From the NCBI GenBank assembly GCA_963755915.1, contig CAVWLP010000003.1:1248001-1312000 (forward strand): a stretch of 64,000 bases of DNA, read 5' to 3'. The first letter of the stretch is position 1; the number at the start of each line of letters is the position of its first letter. A program made the position numbers and the translations under genes. Origin of the DNA: an uncultured Phycisphaerales bacterium (GTDB lineage: Bacteria; Planctomycetota; Phycisphaerae; Tepidisphaerales; Tepidisphaeraceae). The notes beneath the pieces were generated by a model. The model was not told the origin of the DNA. It did no database searches and saw only the letters and a program-made list of their open reading frames with translations. Below are positions 12,322 through 22,950 of the stretch, piece by piece.

Positions 12322-13983
12322 TCACGCGTAGCTGTGAAGTCCCACGAGGAAGAAGTTCACGCCGATCCAGTTGAAGAGCATGATCCAGAAGCCCACGAAA
12401 CCCAGGAGCGCCGTCCACCACGCTTTATCGATCGTCACCACACGGACATGCACCGCAATGAGGTAAACCAACCACGTCACCAGCGCGAACGTCTCCTTCG
12501 GATCCCATCCCCACGGCCTGCCCCAGCTCTGATCGGCCCAAATCGCCCCCAGCATGATTCCCGCCCCCAGCATCCAGAACGCGAGCTGAAGGACCACGAG
12601 ATTGCACATATCGAGCGTGGCCAAGAATGAGCCGGGCGAGACGGATCGCGGGCCGGCGCCGAAATAATATTTGCCGAGCCACCAGGTGCTCAGCAGAAAC
12701 GCCCCGCCGATAAGCGAATAACTGGCCGTGACCATGGTGACGTGGATGTAGAGCCAGTAGCTCATCAGCATGCCCTGGACCTGGCCGATTTCTCCGCCGA
12801 TCTGTCGACCGGCAACATAGGGCGCCGCGAAGATGGCGACGAGCGCCAGCATTCCCACGAAGCTGAATGCGGCGCCGAAGAGGCCGCGCGATTTTCGCAA
12901 TTCCAGCGTTAGCCCCACGACCGCGCCGAACCAGGCGGAGCACATGACGCTTTCAAATTCATTTTTGATCGGCGGAAAAATTCCGCCCACCAGCCACCAG
13001 CGGATGGCGATGCCGGTGGTGTGAATGAGCAGCGCGACGATCATGAATCCGATGGCCCAGGGCCGCAGCTTGGCAATGCCCGCCTGGGCGGACATGAGGA
13101 AGAGCACGAACGACAGGAAATAAAATGCCGCCCCGGGAATCGTGAGCATGGTCAGGCGGTTGTACAGCACCTCCGTCATGCGCTTCGCGTGGGACGGATA
13201 GTTGGCCGGATTCACCTGGATGAGCAGATCGGCCAGTGCCGCGGCGCTGCGGTTGACGAGCCCGGCGTCGCGTGATTCCCACCCGTTCACGAGCCCGCCG
13301 TTGGCGGCGAAGATCTGCTCGAAAATCTCCTGCTTATCCTGATAGCCATCCAGCGGCGGCGGCGGGGTTTCGTTGTGCTGCTTGAGAATTTCAACCAGGC
13401 CCGGCACATTGCCAAGAATTTCGGTGGGCGTGTGCCAAAGCCCGTCGCCCCCGCTTGGGGCAGCGGGAATGATTTCCGCCGGGATGAAATCGTGCTGCTG
13501 GCAGATCTGGTCCATCGCTGAAAGGCCGATGAGGACCTGGTTGATCGCCTTGCTTTTGGTCACGCTGGAAGCCTGCACCTGCTGGAGGAGATTCTGAACC
13601 TCGGGCCGCTCGAGGAAGGCGAGAGAGACGGTCCCCTCCTTGACGATCCGCTGTTTTTCCGCGTCGTCGATGTTTTGCAGGTTCTGAAATTCCTCGCGAA
13701 GCGGAACATTCTCGATCTTGATGATGTCGCGGGTGACGTACTGATCGGGGTGGAAGGAAATATCGAGCAGGGTGTAAAGCGACGAATGTCCGTCGAGTTT
13801 TTCATGCCCGGTGATCTGCCAGATCGCCTGGCGGGCGAAAGTGTCGAGGGTCTTCATCGTCTGGTTATTCTGGACGGCAGCCATCTCCAGCGGAGAAAGA
13901 TCGAGCTGCTGCTCGAAATCGTCCGCGAGGGCGGCGGAGCCGAGGGCGAGTAAGGCGACGATGGCGAACAGGATCGATTTCAT
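12322..13983 (-). CDS. ccsA: Cytochrome c biogenesis protein CcsA/ResC (system II) with large periplasmic N-domain
   Basis: WWD motif GAIWADQSWGRPWGWDPKET, WLYIHV, C-terminal GLHSYA. Start MKSILFAIVALL overlaps the upstream stop (ATGA). Confidence 0.9.
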   Translation of the reverse strand: MKSILFAIVALLALGSAALADDFEQQLDLSPLEMAAVQNNQTMKTLDTFARQAIWQITGHEKLDGHSSLYTLLDISFHPDQYVTRDIIKIENVPLREEFQNLQNIDDAEKQRIVKEGTVSLAFLERPEVQNLLQQVQASSVTKSKAINQVLIGLSAMDQICQQHDFIPAEIIPAAPSGGDGLWHTPTEILGNVPGLVEILKQHNETPPPPLDGYQDKQEIFEQIFAANGGLVNGWESRDAGLVNRSAAALADLLIQVNPANYPSHAKRMTEVLYNRLTMLTIPGAAFYFLSFVLFLMSAQAGIAKLRPWAIGFMIVALLIHTTGIAIRWWLVGGIFPPIKNEFESVMCSAWFGAVVGLTLELRKSRGLFGAAFSFVGMLALVAIFAAPYVAGRQIGGEIGQVQGMLMSYWLYIHVTMVTASYSLIGGAFLLSTWWLGKYYFGAGPRSVSPGSFLATLDMCNLVVLQLAFWMLGAGIMLGAIWADQSWGRPWGWDPKETFALVTWLVYLIAVHVRVVTIDKAWWTALLGFVGFWIMLFNWIGVNFFLVGLHSYA

Positions 13984-15967
13984 TGCGCGACCAACTCCGT
14001 TTTTTTTGCGGCCGCCCTGGCGATGGCATTCTGCTTCATGCGGCGAATGACGATCGGCTTCAGGTAGAAGGCATAGAGAAGACCCGTCACGATCATGATG
14101 CAACCCGCGAGCATGATATCAACCCCGGGGCGGTTTCCGACGCCGACGGTGGAGGACTGGCCGTCCGGGTCGTAGCCCGCCTGGAAGAAAATCCAGTTGC
14201 CATGATCGTAATAGATCGGGCTGTTAAGGCTGGCGACTTGCGTTTCCGAGTCGCCGTCGGGGTCGGTCATTTCTAGGGTGGACCGGAAGTCGCGAAACAT
14301 GCCGCTGCCCGTGGTAAGCCCGCCGGGATAGGGGACCATGTCGAAGTTCTTGAGATGAAGAGCAACCGGCATGGGCCGGCAGGTAAAGCCGAGCTGGAGT
14401 TGAAGGGGAGCGCTGGCGCCGGGGATCTGCACCACGCCCATGGTCCAGGGGATCATCGGTTCCAGGAGCATGGGATCGGGCGCGGATAGAGATCGCAGGG
14501 CATGGGGACGTCCTGCGACCAGTTTCCGCAGGTGACCCGGGCGATGAGAACCTGCTTGACGCCCGATTCCCCCTGGTCCTTGATCTGATTCTGGGGCGGG
14601 GTGGGAATGACGCGGTCCTGGATTTGGAAGTGAGCCCGGCGATGAACCGTGGCCGCGGTGGGCTGGTTGTCGAGGGCAATGGAGATTTGTCCGCCCTGGG
14701 TGAAATCGGTGATTTTCGCGGGGGCGGTGAAAGTGGTGTGGATGTCGAGGAGGGATTTGTCGCCGGAGGCGAGGAAGAGGTGTTTTTCGTCGCTGCCGCT
14801 GGGAAGGAGTGCTGCCGGATCGGTCACGAGAAAATCGAGGTCGAGGTCTTTGTCGATCGGCGTTTTCTGGCGGTTGCCTTTCACGAATGGCGGGGTGGTG
14901 CTGGGATCCATCTTGAAATCGGTCTGCGTGGATTTGCCGGCGAGGATCATGCGCCAGAATTCCTTGCCGCCCGGGGGGACGATGTGAAGCGTCAGTGCCT
15001 GCACGATTTCGTGGGTGCCGAACATGGGGAAGGCGGGATTATATGATTCGACGGTGATGGTGTAGCCGGGGGAAAGCTTCGTGGCGTTGCCGATGCCCGC
15101 TTCGAATTTCTGGGGGGGCTGATTGGGGAGGGTGGCGGTTAGTGAGAAGATTCGGTTGACGGAATCGCGGATGTCGGAGACGGAGGCATCGGAAACCTGG
15201 CGGTATTCCAGTTCCGTGTTGCCGAAGAACTGGTGGGCGGCGGATGGATCGATGGTGCGAAGCATGACCGGGGGCTTGCCGTCCATGGAGACCTGGACGC
15301 CGACTTCGGAGGAGGAGGGGTCGTCGAGAATATCTTCCTGTACTTCGGCGTAGGCGTAGAAGCCGACGATGTCGATGGCGACGGGCTGCGAAACGCCGAG
15401 CCAGTCGGAGAGCTCGTTGGAGGTATCGGACTGCAGGCCGATGGGGATGAAATTGTGAATGCCGGTGAGGTCTTTGCGATGGAGGCGGTCGGGATCGTGG
15501 TCCTGGTCGTAATTGCCGAAGCGCGGCAGGGAGGGGAGCGGGCGCATGCCGTACATTTCGCCTTTCAGGACGCGGGCGTAGAGGGCGCGCTCTTCGGAAT
15601 CGTAAAAGAGATTTACAACATGGTTTACGGGGATGAGGGTTTTGCCTTCGACCTTCAGGTGGTAGTAGAGGGAGGTGCCGACGATGAGGGTGATGATGCC
15701 GCTGTGGATGCACCACACGCCATAGCGCGGCGGCGTGAGGGGGATGCGGTTGAGGGTGACCGTCGCAAGGTTCAGGCACAGCAGCAGCATCATCAGCTTC
15801 AGCGGCCAGGCGTCGAAGAATTCGAGTTCGTTGAGCTCGAAGTATTCGCGGACGGCGGGGAGTCCGGAGCCGACGGCAATATAGAGCCCGATGAGGATCA
15901 TCAGCGTGATCCCGAAGATCACGTTGTTCAGCGTGTAGGCGATGAGAATTCTGGCGAATCTGGCCAC
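13980..15967 (-). CDS. ResB/CcsB-like cytochrome c biogenesis protein (frameshift near 14470)
   Basis: Three N-terminal TM helices with HSGIITLIVG, large periplasmic domain, SLNSP...FFQAGY...V.NRPG + C-terminal TM; coupled to ccsA. Confidence 0.75.
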
Positions 15968-16068
15968 GGTGGTTGAAGATCGGCGATTCTAGAGGGGGGG
16001 CGGCGCAATTCCAGCAGGCGAATCGTCACAGGGGGACAAATCACCCCGCAATTTTTTTATTTTTCCTC

Positions 16069-16114
16069 TTTACAGTCGGTATTTGTTAGGTATTATGATA
16101 CCCTAACAAACACC
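16069..16114 (+). promoter_or_regulatory. Sigma70-like promoter overlapped by an inverted-repeat candidate operator
   Basis: TTTACA (16069) N16 TATTAT (16091); arms GGTATTTGTTAGG (16078-16090) and CCTAACAAACACC (16102-16114), 12/13 complementary; GGAG RBS at 16121. Confidence 0.6.
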
Positions 16115-16131
16115 AATCAAGGAGCAATGGA

Positions 16132-16728
16132 ATGCTGACAGTGAGATATATTGAGAGGATGTGGGAAGGGCGGAAATATCAGCGGCTTTTGGATGAATTG
16201 ATTGGCCCGCGGGTGGAGGCGCTGGCCGCCGGTGAATTGCGGGAGATGCCGACAGCAGCAGCGGCCGCGATGGCCCTGGTTCGGCTCGACGAAATGCTCC
16301 AGGCGCATGTCCCGATCTGCGGAATATTGATCCGAACCCTCATTGCCTTTCAGGACGCCGACGGGGGCTGGGGAGACGTGGCAACCACCGCCCTTTGCGT
16401 GCGGGCTCTTTCCCTTCAAAACGGGCAGGGGGCGGTCATTGAGCGGGGGATTCAATATCTCGCGATATTGCAACAGCCCGAGGGGATTTGGCCGAATATT
16501 CCGATTCGGCGCATGCCGGAGGATGCGCTGGTCTCGGCATTCGTGATGCTCCAACTTGCGGATAATTCGCGGTTTGAGGAGGTAGTAAGATTTGACGCTG
16601 CTGTCCAGTGGTTTACGGGGCGGCGAGGATTTCTGGACGAGAATGCGCGGGCGATCTGGGATCAGGCTCGCCTCCGTCTGCCGGCGCACAGCACAACCCG
16701 CGCTGGGGCGGAGGCGAGCTGGTCCTGA
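16132..16728 (+). CDS. Hypothetical protein with prenyltransferase/squalene-cyclase QW-like repeats
   Basis: FQDADGGWG.VATTAL and LQQPEGIW motifs; good RBS. Confidence 0.65.
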   Translation: MLTVRYIERMWEGRKYQRLLDELIGPRVEALAAGELREMPTAAAAAMALVRLDEMLQAHVPICGILIRTLIAFQDADGGWGDVATTALCVRALSLQNGQGAVIERGIQYLAILQQPEGIWPNIPIRRMPEDALVSAFVMLQLADNSRFEEVVRFDAAVQWFTGRRGFLDENARAIWDQARLRLPAHSTTRAGAEASWS

Positions 16729-16763
16729 TCCGGTGGGTTGGAATGGTTGATTAAGTTCGAATA

Positions 16764-16819
16764 GCGCCGGGCGGTTCGACACAGCTCACCGAAGTCAAGC
16801 CCGGCGGCTACACGGGGAG
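16764..16819. repeat. REP-like hairpin carrying a 24-bp insert (16773-16796)
   Basis: gcgccgggc[ggttcgacacagctcaccgaagtc]aagcccggcggctacacggggag. Confidence 0.75.
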
Positions 16820-16843
16820 CGATCAGGATCGTAGGATTGGGGC

Positions 16844-17933
16844 ATGGGTGAGGTTGCGGATCGGTTGCCGAAGGCTGTCGCGGTGATTGAGCGCGGTTGT
16901 GCGGCGGGATTGCATACCGGGGCGCAGATTTATGTTTTGCGCGGGGGTCAGGCCGTCGTCGATGCGGGGATTGGCAAGGCGCGGTCGGATATTCCAATGA
17001 CATCCGATTCGATTCTTCTCTGGCTCTCGGCGGGCAAGCCGCTGGCGAGCGTAATGTTCGGCAGATTGTGGGAGGCCACCGCAGTGGGCCTCGATGATCC
17101 CGTCGTCAAATTTATTCCCGAGTTTGCGGCGCGAGGCAAGGAGGGAATCACCGTTCGTCATCTGCTCACGCATACCGCGGGAATACGTATGGTCCAGTGG
17201 TCGCCCTCCTGGGAGGAGACGATCGCCCGGATCTGCGCGGCGCCGATTGAACCGCGGTGGATCCCCGGAAGAACGGCGGGCTATCACCCCCTCACGGCGT
17301 GGTACGTCCTGGGCGAAATTTTCCGGCGGGTTGATCCCGCCCATCGGCCTTATGAGCGCCTCATCGCCGAGGAGATTTTCGAGCGTGTCGGCATGAAAGA
17401 TTGTTTTCTGGCGATGACCGGCGAAGAGTTTCGCCAGCTTTCCGACAGGATCGCCCCTTTGAGCCTAACCAATGCGTCCAAGGCTTCGCCACCGACGTTT
17501 GATACTGAAGCGGGATGTTCGATCTGCTCCCCGGGGGCAAGCGCGAGGCCCAGCGCGCGAGCTCGGGAAATTTTACGAGATGCCTCTGGACGGCGGCCGA
17601 GGCGTGATTTCACCGCAGACGGTTGAAGCCCTTACCGCGCGGCATCGCGCCGGCGTCGAGGATTTGACCTTCAAGGCGATCATCGATTGGGGGCTTGGAT
17701 TTATCATCGATTCAAAGCAGTACGGGCAACAAGCACCGTATGGATATGGGCCCTATGCATCGCCGCGGACCTTCGGGCATTCGGGGAATCAATCTTCGGT
17801 GGGGTTTGCCGATCCGGAGAATGGCCTGGTGGTCGTGGTGATTTTTAATGGGATGCCCGGTGAGGAAGCCCATCAGCAAAGAAGGCGCGAGACGCTGGCG
17901 GCGATTTATGAGGACCTGGGAATCACGTCATAG
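16844..17933 (+). CDS. Serine hydrolase, beta-lactamase (class C-like/esterase) family (frameshift near 17545)
   Basis: SxxK (LSAGKP), LDDPV, TVRHLLTHTAG, PG...YH, FGHSG. ORFs 16844-17626 and 17472-17933. Confidence 0.85.
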
Positions 17934-19765
17934 CTATTTGGCGCGGGAATGCCGTAGTACGTTTTCGAGAAGCGGGTGAGTTCATCCTTGTCGCGCGAGA
18001 CGACGGCGTCTTTCGGCATACCTTCCAGCCAATCCCGCTCGATGGATTTATTGGGATCGCTGGTATCTACATCGAAGACGGTTTTATAGTTCAGGCGGGA
18101 CATGGGGATTTGATACCAGAAGGCGCTGGCGTCGCCGACGAGGTCGAGCGTGCGGTCGCCGAGAGTGCGGGTATCGACAAGGCGGAAGCCTTCGAGATTT
18201 TCCCGGCCGATCAGGGCAACTTTCGTGTGATCGATTTCCAGATATTTTCCCAGCTTCTGTACCAGGAAGACGCAGGAAAAACAGGACAGGCCCACGGCAG
18301 CGCAGGCGCACAGTGTGATCCACGGACGCGAGTCGATCATCGCAATCATCAGGACGAGAATGGGGATTGCAGGAGTCATGAAACGGCTTTGCAGATGGGT
18401 GAATCCCATCCAGAAGATCGATTGAAAAAGCAGCAAAATCGCGAGGAAGATCATGGGCGGTTTGCGGATCCCCAAAACCAGCGCCACCCCGGCGAGAGGA
18501 AAGAGGGCGTAGCCGAAGCGCGGGTCGGCGAGGACTTCATTCCAGAAGGCTTTGTGATGGCCGGAAGGTGAGCGATAGCGCGGGTCGGGAAGATAGGCGT
18601 TTTCCCATCGCTGCGCCTGGACCGGCGTGAAATGATCGCGGCCGAAAACGCTCATGGCTTCGGGGAAAACCGGATTGCCGGACCATTGCCAGTCTTTGAT
18701 GAGCCAGGGGGAAAGCAGCAAGACCGCGGCGAGAAGATAGGCGGCGATGGGCAGGAAAATGCGCGGCGATGCCGCGGCGAGAATGGCAGCAAGGGGAATG
18801 CCGACGAAGACGAGCGGAGCGACGGAAAGTTTTGTCCCCGCGGCCAGTCCCGCGAAAACGCCGGCGACGGCGAAGGTTTGCCAGGTCTTGGCGCGGAGTG
18901 ACCAGGCGATGGCGAGCGTGATAAAGAGAAGCGTGCCCCCTTCGTTATAGGCGATGGGTGCGAGGAGGCCGGTCCAGGGGGTGGCGAAGAGAAGAGCGCC
19001 GGCGACGATGCCGCGCGATTTTCCGCCGGCCGCGGCGAAAGCTGCCCAGGCGGCCAGGGCGCAGAAGCCGACGTGCATGAACTGTGCGAAGTACATTCCG
19101 GCCCAGGGACCGCCGTGGAGGAACATCGCGAGGAGATAGTGCATCTCGACGTTGAAAGGGAAAAACGAGAAAACATTGTGGTGAAGCGGATCAATTCGTC
19201 CGGCTTCGAACCATTCGCGGGGAACCTGGAGGTGATATTCGACGACGTCGTAGCCGTTGGGTTCGTCGCCCCAGAGAAGTCCCGGCGGGAAACAGGCCGC
19301 CAGGGCGATGATCCCCCCCACCGCGGCAGTGGCGATCCAAATCGCGCCGGCAGAGACCGGTTTTTGCAGCCATGCGCCGGCGTCCCAACTTTTGTTGCGA
19401 GCGTAGAGGGTGATGAGGGCGATCAGATCGCCGAGGCAGATGATGGCGACCGCGAAAATCTGGTTCATCCAGCCGAGGAGGCCGAGGAAGAGGACGAGGA
19501 GGGAAATGATTCCCAGGCCCAGCGCGATGGAGGTGACGATGAGGAGCGAGTCGATGGGGTGTGCTGGCAAAACAGATTTCGCGGCCAGCCAGCCGATTCC
19601 GCCGGCGGCGAGGAGCCAGAGGAAAGCCAAGCCGCCGTCCTGCAAAAGGCGGTAGAGGGCCAGACCCCAGGATGGGCCGGCAAGGGTGAAAAAGATTGAA
19701 AGGAAAACGATGGCGCCGACCACGAATGCAGCGGCGCGGGATTTGAGTGCGGTGGCCAGATTCAC
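17906..19765 (-). CDS. Polytopic membrane protein, probable GT-C-fold glycosyltransferase
   Basis: Many TM helices; GYDVVEYHLQVP, GTK, SPW...GNPVFP motifs. Confidence 0.6.
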   Translation of the reverse strand: MNLATALKSRAAAFVVGAIVFLSIFFTLAGPSWGLALYRLLQDGGLAFLWLLAAGGIGWLAAKSVLPAHPIDSLLIVTSIALGLGIISLLVLFLGLLGWMNQIFAVAIICLGDLIALITLYARNKSWDAGAWLQKPVSAGAIWIATAAVGGIIALAACFPPGLLWGDEPNGYDVVEYHLQVPREWFEAGRIDPLHHNVFSFFPFNVEMHYLLAMFLHGGPWAGMYFAQFMHVGFCALAAWAAFAAAGGKSRGIVAGALLFATPWTGLLAPIAYNEGGTLLFITLAIAWSLRAKTWQTFAVAGVFAGLAAGTKLSVAPLVFVGIPLAAILAAASPRIFLPIAAYLLAAVLLLSPWLIKDWQWSGNPVFPEAMSVFGRDHFTPVQAQRWENAYLPDPRYRSPSGHHKAFWNEVLADPRFGYALFPLAGVALVLGIRKPPMIFLAILLLFQSIFWMGFTHLQSRFMTPAIPILVLMIAMIDSRPWITLCACAAVGLSCFSCVFLVQKLGKYLEIDHTKVALIGRENLEGFRLVDTRTLGDRTLDLVGDASAFWYQIPMSRLNYKTVFDVDTSDPNKSIERDWLEGMPKDAVVSRDKDELTRFSKTYYGIPAPNSYDVIPRSS

Positions 19766-21156
19766 GCCTCACCGTCGGAATTAACGCTACCCCCACCCTG
19801 ACCCTCCCCTCTTCGAGCCTGAGCCTCAGAGCCGAAGGCCGGAGGATCGAGGGAGGGGGGGGAGGGGAGAGACGGCGGCTCCTCTTCGAGCTTGAAGAGT
19901 TTCTCGACGGCATGGAGATATTGGGTCATGGGGGCGTGCAGCGCATCGGACCCGCGGAGGACCTGGATGGGGTCGTGCAAGAGTTTGTTGACGATTCGGC
20001 GGGTGAGTTCTTCGAGGTGCTGCTTGTCCGTAGGCGTGATGCCGGAGAGCTTGGAGATGGTTTTGTGAAGCTCGTCGAGGGCGACGGCGTGGGAACGCTG
20101 GCGAAGGTGGTCGATGAGCGGACCGAGCATGCGGGCGCGGTGCCAGACGATGAATTCGGCGACCTGCTGGTCGACGATCTGCGCCGCGACCTGGGCGGCC
20201 GCGGAGCGATTTTCCTGGTTGGCCTCGATGGCCCGCTGCAGGTCGTCGAGGTTGTAGAGATAGACGTTTTGGATGTTGCCGACATCGGAGGCGACGTCGC
20301 GCGGGAGGCCGATGTCGATGATGAAGACGGGGCGATACCTTCGGCGGCGGATAACGGCGTCGAAGATGGGGCGGGTGATGATGGGGTGCTGGGCGCCGGT
20401 GCCGGTGATGATGATGTCGGCGGCGGTGAGGTGGTCGGGGAGATTTTCCATGCCGCAGGCCGTGGCGGAGAATTTTTCGGCCAGGAGCCTGGCCTTTTCC
20501 AGGTCGCGGTTGCAGATGAGAAGTTTGCCGGGCTTGAGGGCGGAGACGGCGCTTAAGACAAGCTCGCCCATTTTTCCGGCGCCGATGTTGAGGACGGTTT
20601 TGTCGGTGAAGACGTCAAAGATTCGCCGCGCGTATTGGACGGCGACGCTGGCGACGGAGGTGCGGCCTTCGCTGAGGGGAGTTTGGGAACGGACCTGCTT
20701 GCCCACGGCGATGGCGCGCTGGAAGAGAGGATGCAACATCGGCCCGGCCGCCCCGGTGGCGGCGGCGGCTTCGTAGGCTTCGCGCACCTGGCCGAGGATC
20801 TGGGTTTCGCCGACGACCATGGAATCGAGGGAAGCGGCGACGGAAAACAGGTGGCTGATGACGTCGCGCTCCGATTTGCTGTAGAGGTTGTTTTCGAATT
20901 CTTCGGGCGGCACGTTGCGAAGACCGGCGAGGAAACCGGTCAGCTCATGCTCGCGGGGATGGCCGTGGGTTGGGCGGGCCAGGTAAATCTCCGTGCGGTT
21001 GCAGGTCGAGAGAAGGACGGCTTCGCACTCCGGGAATTTCTGGCGGACCTCTGCCAGGGCCTGGTTTCGCTGGTCGCTCGAGAAGGCAAGGCGCTTGCGC
21101 AGCTCCAGCGGGGCGGTTTTGTGATTCAGTCCCAGGAGAAGCAGTCGTTGCATCAT
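19762..21156 (-). CDS. hemA: Glutamyl-tRNA reductase
   Basis: GLNHKTAP, LSTCNRTE, SLDSMVVGETQILGQV, IGAGKMG, DIGLPRDV. Confidence 0.97.
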   Translation of the reverse strand: MMQRLLLLGLNHKTAPLELRKRLAFSSDQRNQALAEVRQKFPECEAVLLSTCNRTEIYLARPTHGHPREHELTGFLAGLRNVPPEEFENNLYSKSERDVISHLFSVAASLDSMVVGETQILGQVREAYEAAAATGAAGPMLHPLFQRAIAVGKQVRSQTPLSEGRTSVASVAVQYARRIFDVFTDKTVLNIGAGKMGELVLSAVSALKPGKLLICNRDLEKARLLAEKFSATACGMENLPDHLTAADIIITGTGAQHPIITRPIFDAVIRRRRYRPVFIIDIGLPRDVASDVGNIQNVYLYNLDDLQRAIEANQENRSAAAQVAAQIVDQQVAEFIVWHRARMLGPLIDHLRQRSHAVALDELHKTISKLSGITPTDKQHLEELTRRIVNKLLHDPIQVLRGSDALHAPMTQYLHAVEKLFKLEEEPPSLPSPPSLDPPAFGSEAQARRGEGQGGGSVNSDGEA

Positions 21157-21160
21157 TCGA

Positions 21161-21994
21161 TTACCGGCCTGCGGGCATAAACATAACGGTGATAATGGTA
21201 GCGACCATCAGCACAAACCCGACGATGCTGAGCATGGCCGACTTCCGTCCACGAACGGCGGGCGTAATCGGCGTGTGCAGGGCGACGGCGTAAACGAGCC
21301 AGACGGAGAAGGCGAGAAGCACCTTGGGGCTGGTCATCCAGTGCGGCCCGAGGCGCGTGTTGGGCCCGGCCTGGATGATTTTCGCCACGCCCGTGACGAT
21401 CCCAATGGTCAGCAGCGCAAACCCGAAGGTGACGGCCCAGTAGGTGAAGTTCTCCAATCGTTCGAGGCTCGCCCCGGGGGCTTCGGCGATGCCCGCCTTT
21501 CGGCGCAGCCTGGCGCTGGCGAGGAGGTAGCAGGCGCCGACGGCGGCGGCAACGCCGAAGGCCGCCATGCCGGCGAAGCTGCTGGTGCGGTGGATCAGAT
21601 TCCAAAGACCAGCCGACTGATTGGCGGTCGATGGGTAGATCCCGAAAAGGGCCGAGCAGATGAGAAGCAGCATGACAACGGGAAGCAGGAACCAATCGAG
21701 ACCGGGGATGGGGCGGTGGCGCTGGATGTAAAGCGTGAAGCCGGCGAGGAGGATCGCGAGCGTCGCCATCGTTTCGAAATTGTCGGCCATGGGCAGCCAG
21801 GTTCCGCGTGCGACGGATCGCCAGATCACCGCGGCCAGGGCGAAGCAGATTCCGAAATATGCGAGGGATTTCGCGGTGAGACGAAGCGTGTTGCCAGGCT
21901 TCCAGATGCGCACGATGGAACAGAGTGCGCCGGAAAGGAAGAGGGCCGCGGAGATGAGAATCAGGGCGATCTGCCCGGCGGTGACGGAATTCAT
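21161..21994 (-). CDS. Cytochrome c assembly family (CcsA/HemX-like) membrane protein
   Basis: About 8 TM helices, SLERLE, GFALLTIGIVTG, SPKV...W; lies between the siroheme gene and hemA; lacks the full WWD motif. Confidence 0.75.
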   Translation of the reverse strand: MNSVTAGQIALILISAALFLSGALCSIVRIWKPGNTLRLTAKSLAYFGICFALAAVIWRSVARGTWLPMADNFETMATLAILLAGFTLYIQRHRPIPGLDWFLLPVVMLLLICSALFGIYPSTANQSAGLWNLIHRTSSFAGMAAFGVAAAVGACYLLASARLRRKAGIAEAPGASLERLENFTYWAVTFGFALLTIGIVTGVAKIIQAGPNTRLGPHWMTSPKVLLAFSVWLVYAVALHTPITPAVRGRKSAMLSIVGFVLMVATIITVMFMPAGR

Positions 21995-22653
21995 GCGGCT
22001 CCCTTCGGCTGATGGTCGAAGGGAGGCAGATCTGGAAATTTTTGGCGGAGCCAGCCGCAGAGGCCCGTGAAACCGCCGGATTGAAGCTGCGCGGCCGCTT
22101 CGGAAGTTGCCAGTGCGCGGAAGATTTCCCGCCGGCGGGCGATGGGCAGGCCGACAGCCTTGATTTTGGGCCGAAGGAGCTGAAGCGCGCCGGCAAGATT
22201 GATCCAGTCATCGGTGACGCTGCCGGCCAGAAGATCGCGAAGCCCCGCGGCCAGCGCCGGGGATCCACCCGCGGAGACGGCGACGATGATCGGCCCGCTA
22301 CGAAGGATCGCCGGCGAGATGAAATCGCTGGGCTCGTCAGGGTCCTCGCCATCGCCCCGCTGCACGAGAATGTTCCGCTTGCGGGCTTCTGCAACGACGG
22401 ATTCGTTGGCCGCGGAGGAATCAGTCGCGGCGAAGACGAGGTTTGCCCCCTCAAGATCGGCGGCCTCGAAGCTGGCGGTTTTTCGCTGCACCTCGGCCGG
22501 AAATTCGCGCACGAACTTCGGCGCGACAGCCCGGACGTTCTTTGCCCCGGCAGCCAGGAGTGCGGAGGCTTTTCGCGCGGCGACCGCCCCACCGCCGACG
22601 ATAAGGATCTGTCGCTCGGAAACGTCGAGGAGGATGGGATAGAGGTGCGGCAC
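21991..22653 (-). CDS. Precorrin-2 dehydrogenase / sirohydrochlorin ferrochelatase (CysG N-terminal, SirC/Met8-like)
   Basis: YPILLD, VGGGAVAARK, AATD, DFISPA, AVSAGGSPALA; likely GTG start at 22653. Confidence 0.9.
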   Translation of the reverse strand: MPHLYPILLDVSERQILIVGGGAVAARKASALLAAGAKNVRAVAPKFVREFPAEVQRKTASFEAADLEGANLVFAATDSSAANESVVAEARKRNILVQRGDGEDPDEPSDFISPAILRSGPIIVAVSAGGSPALAAGLRDLLAGSVTDDWINLAGALQLLRPKIKAVGLPIARRREIFRALATSEAAAQLQSGGFTGLCGWLRQKFPDLPPFDHQPKGAA

Positions 22654-22950
22654 GAAGCGGGGAATTTTAGAGGGTTTACCCGCTGGGGTGTAGCGACGGG
22701 GCAAAATGCCCCATTTTGCAACCCGCGATCGCCGTGCCGGCGACATGGCATGGAATGAATCGCGACACAAAGCGGCCTGGCCAGGAAATTTCACGTGCCG
22801 AGCGGAAGTGATTCTGACCATTCCGGTTTTTCGTAAGTCCAGAAAATAAAAGGATTTTAACCCAAAAATGAGCAATTTCCGGTTTGTGGGTGGGCAGGTG
22901 TCTGCTATGAAGTGAGGCTCCGGTGTGGAAGCCATTTGGGAGAGAGACGG

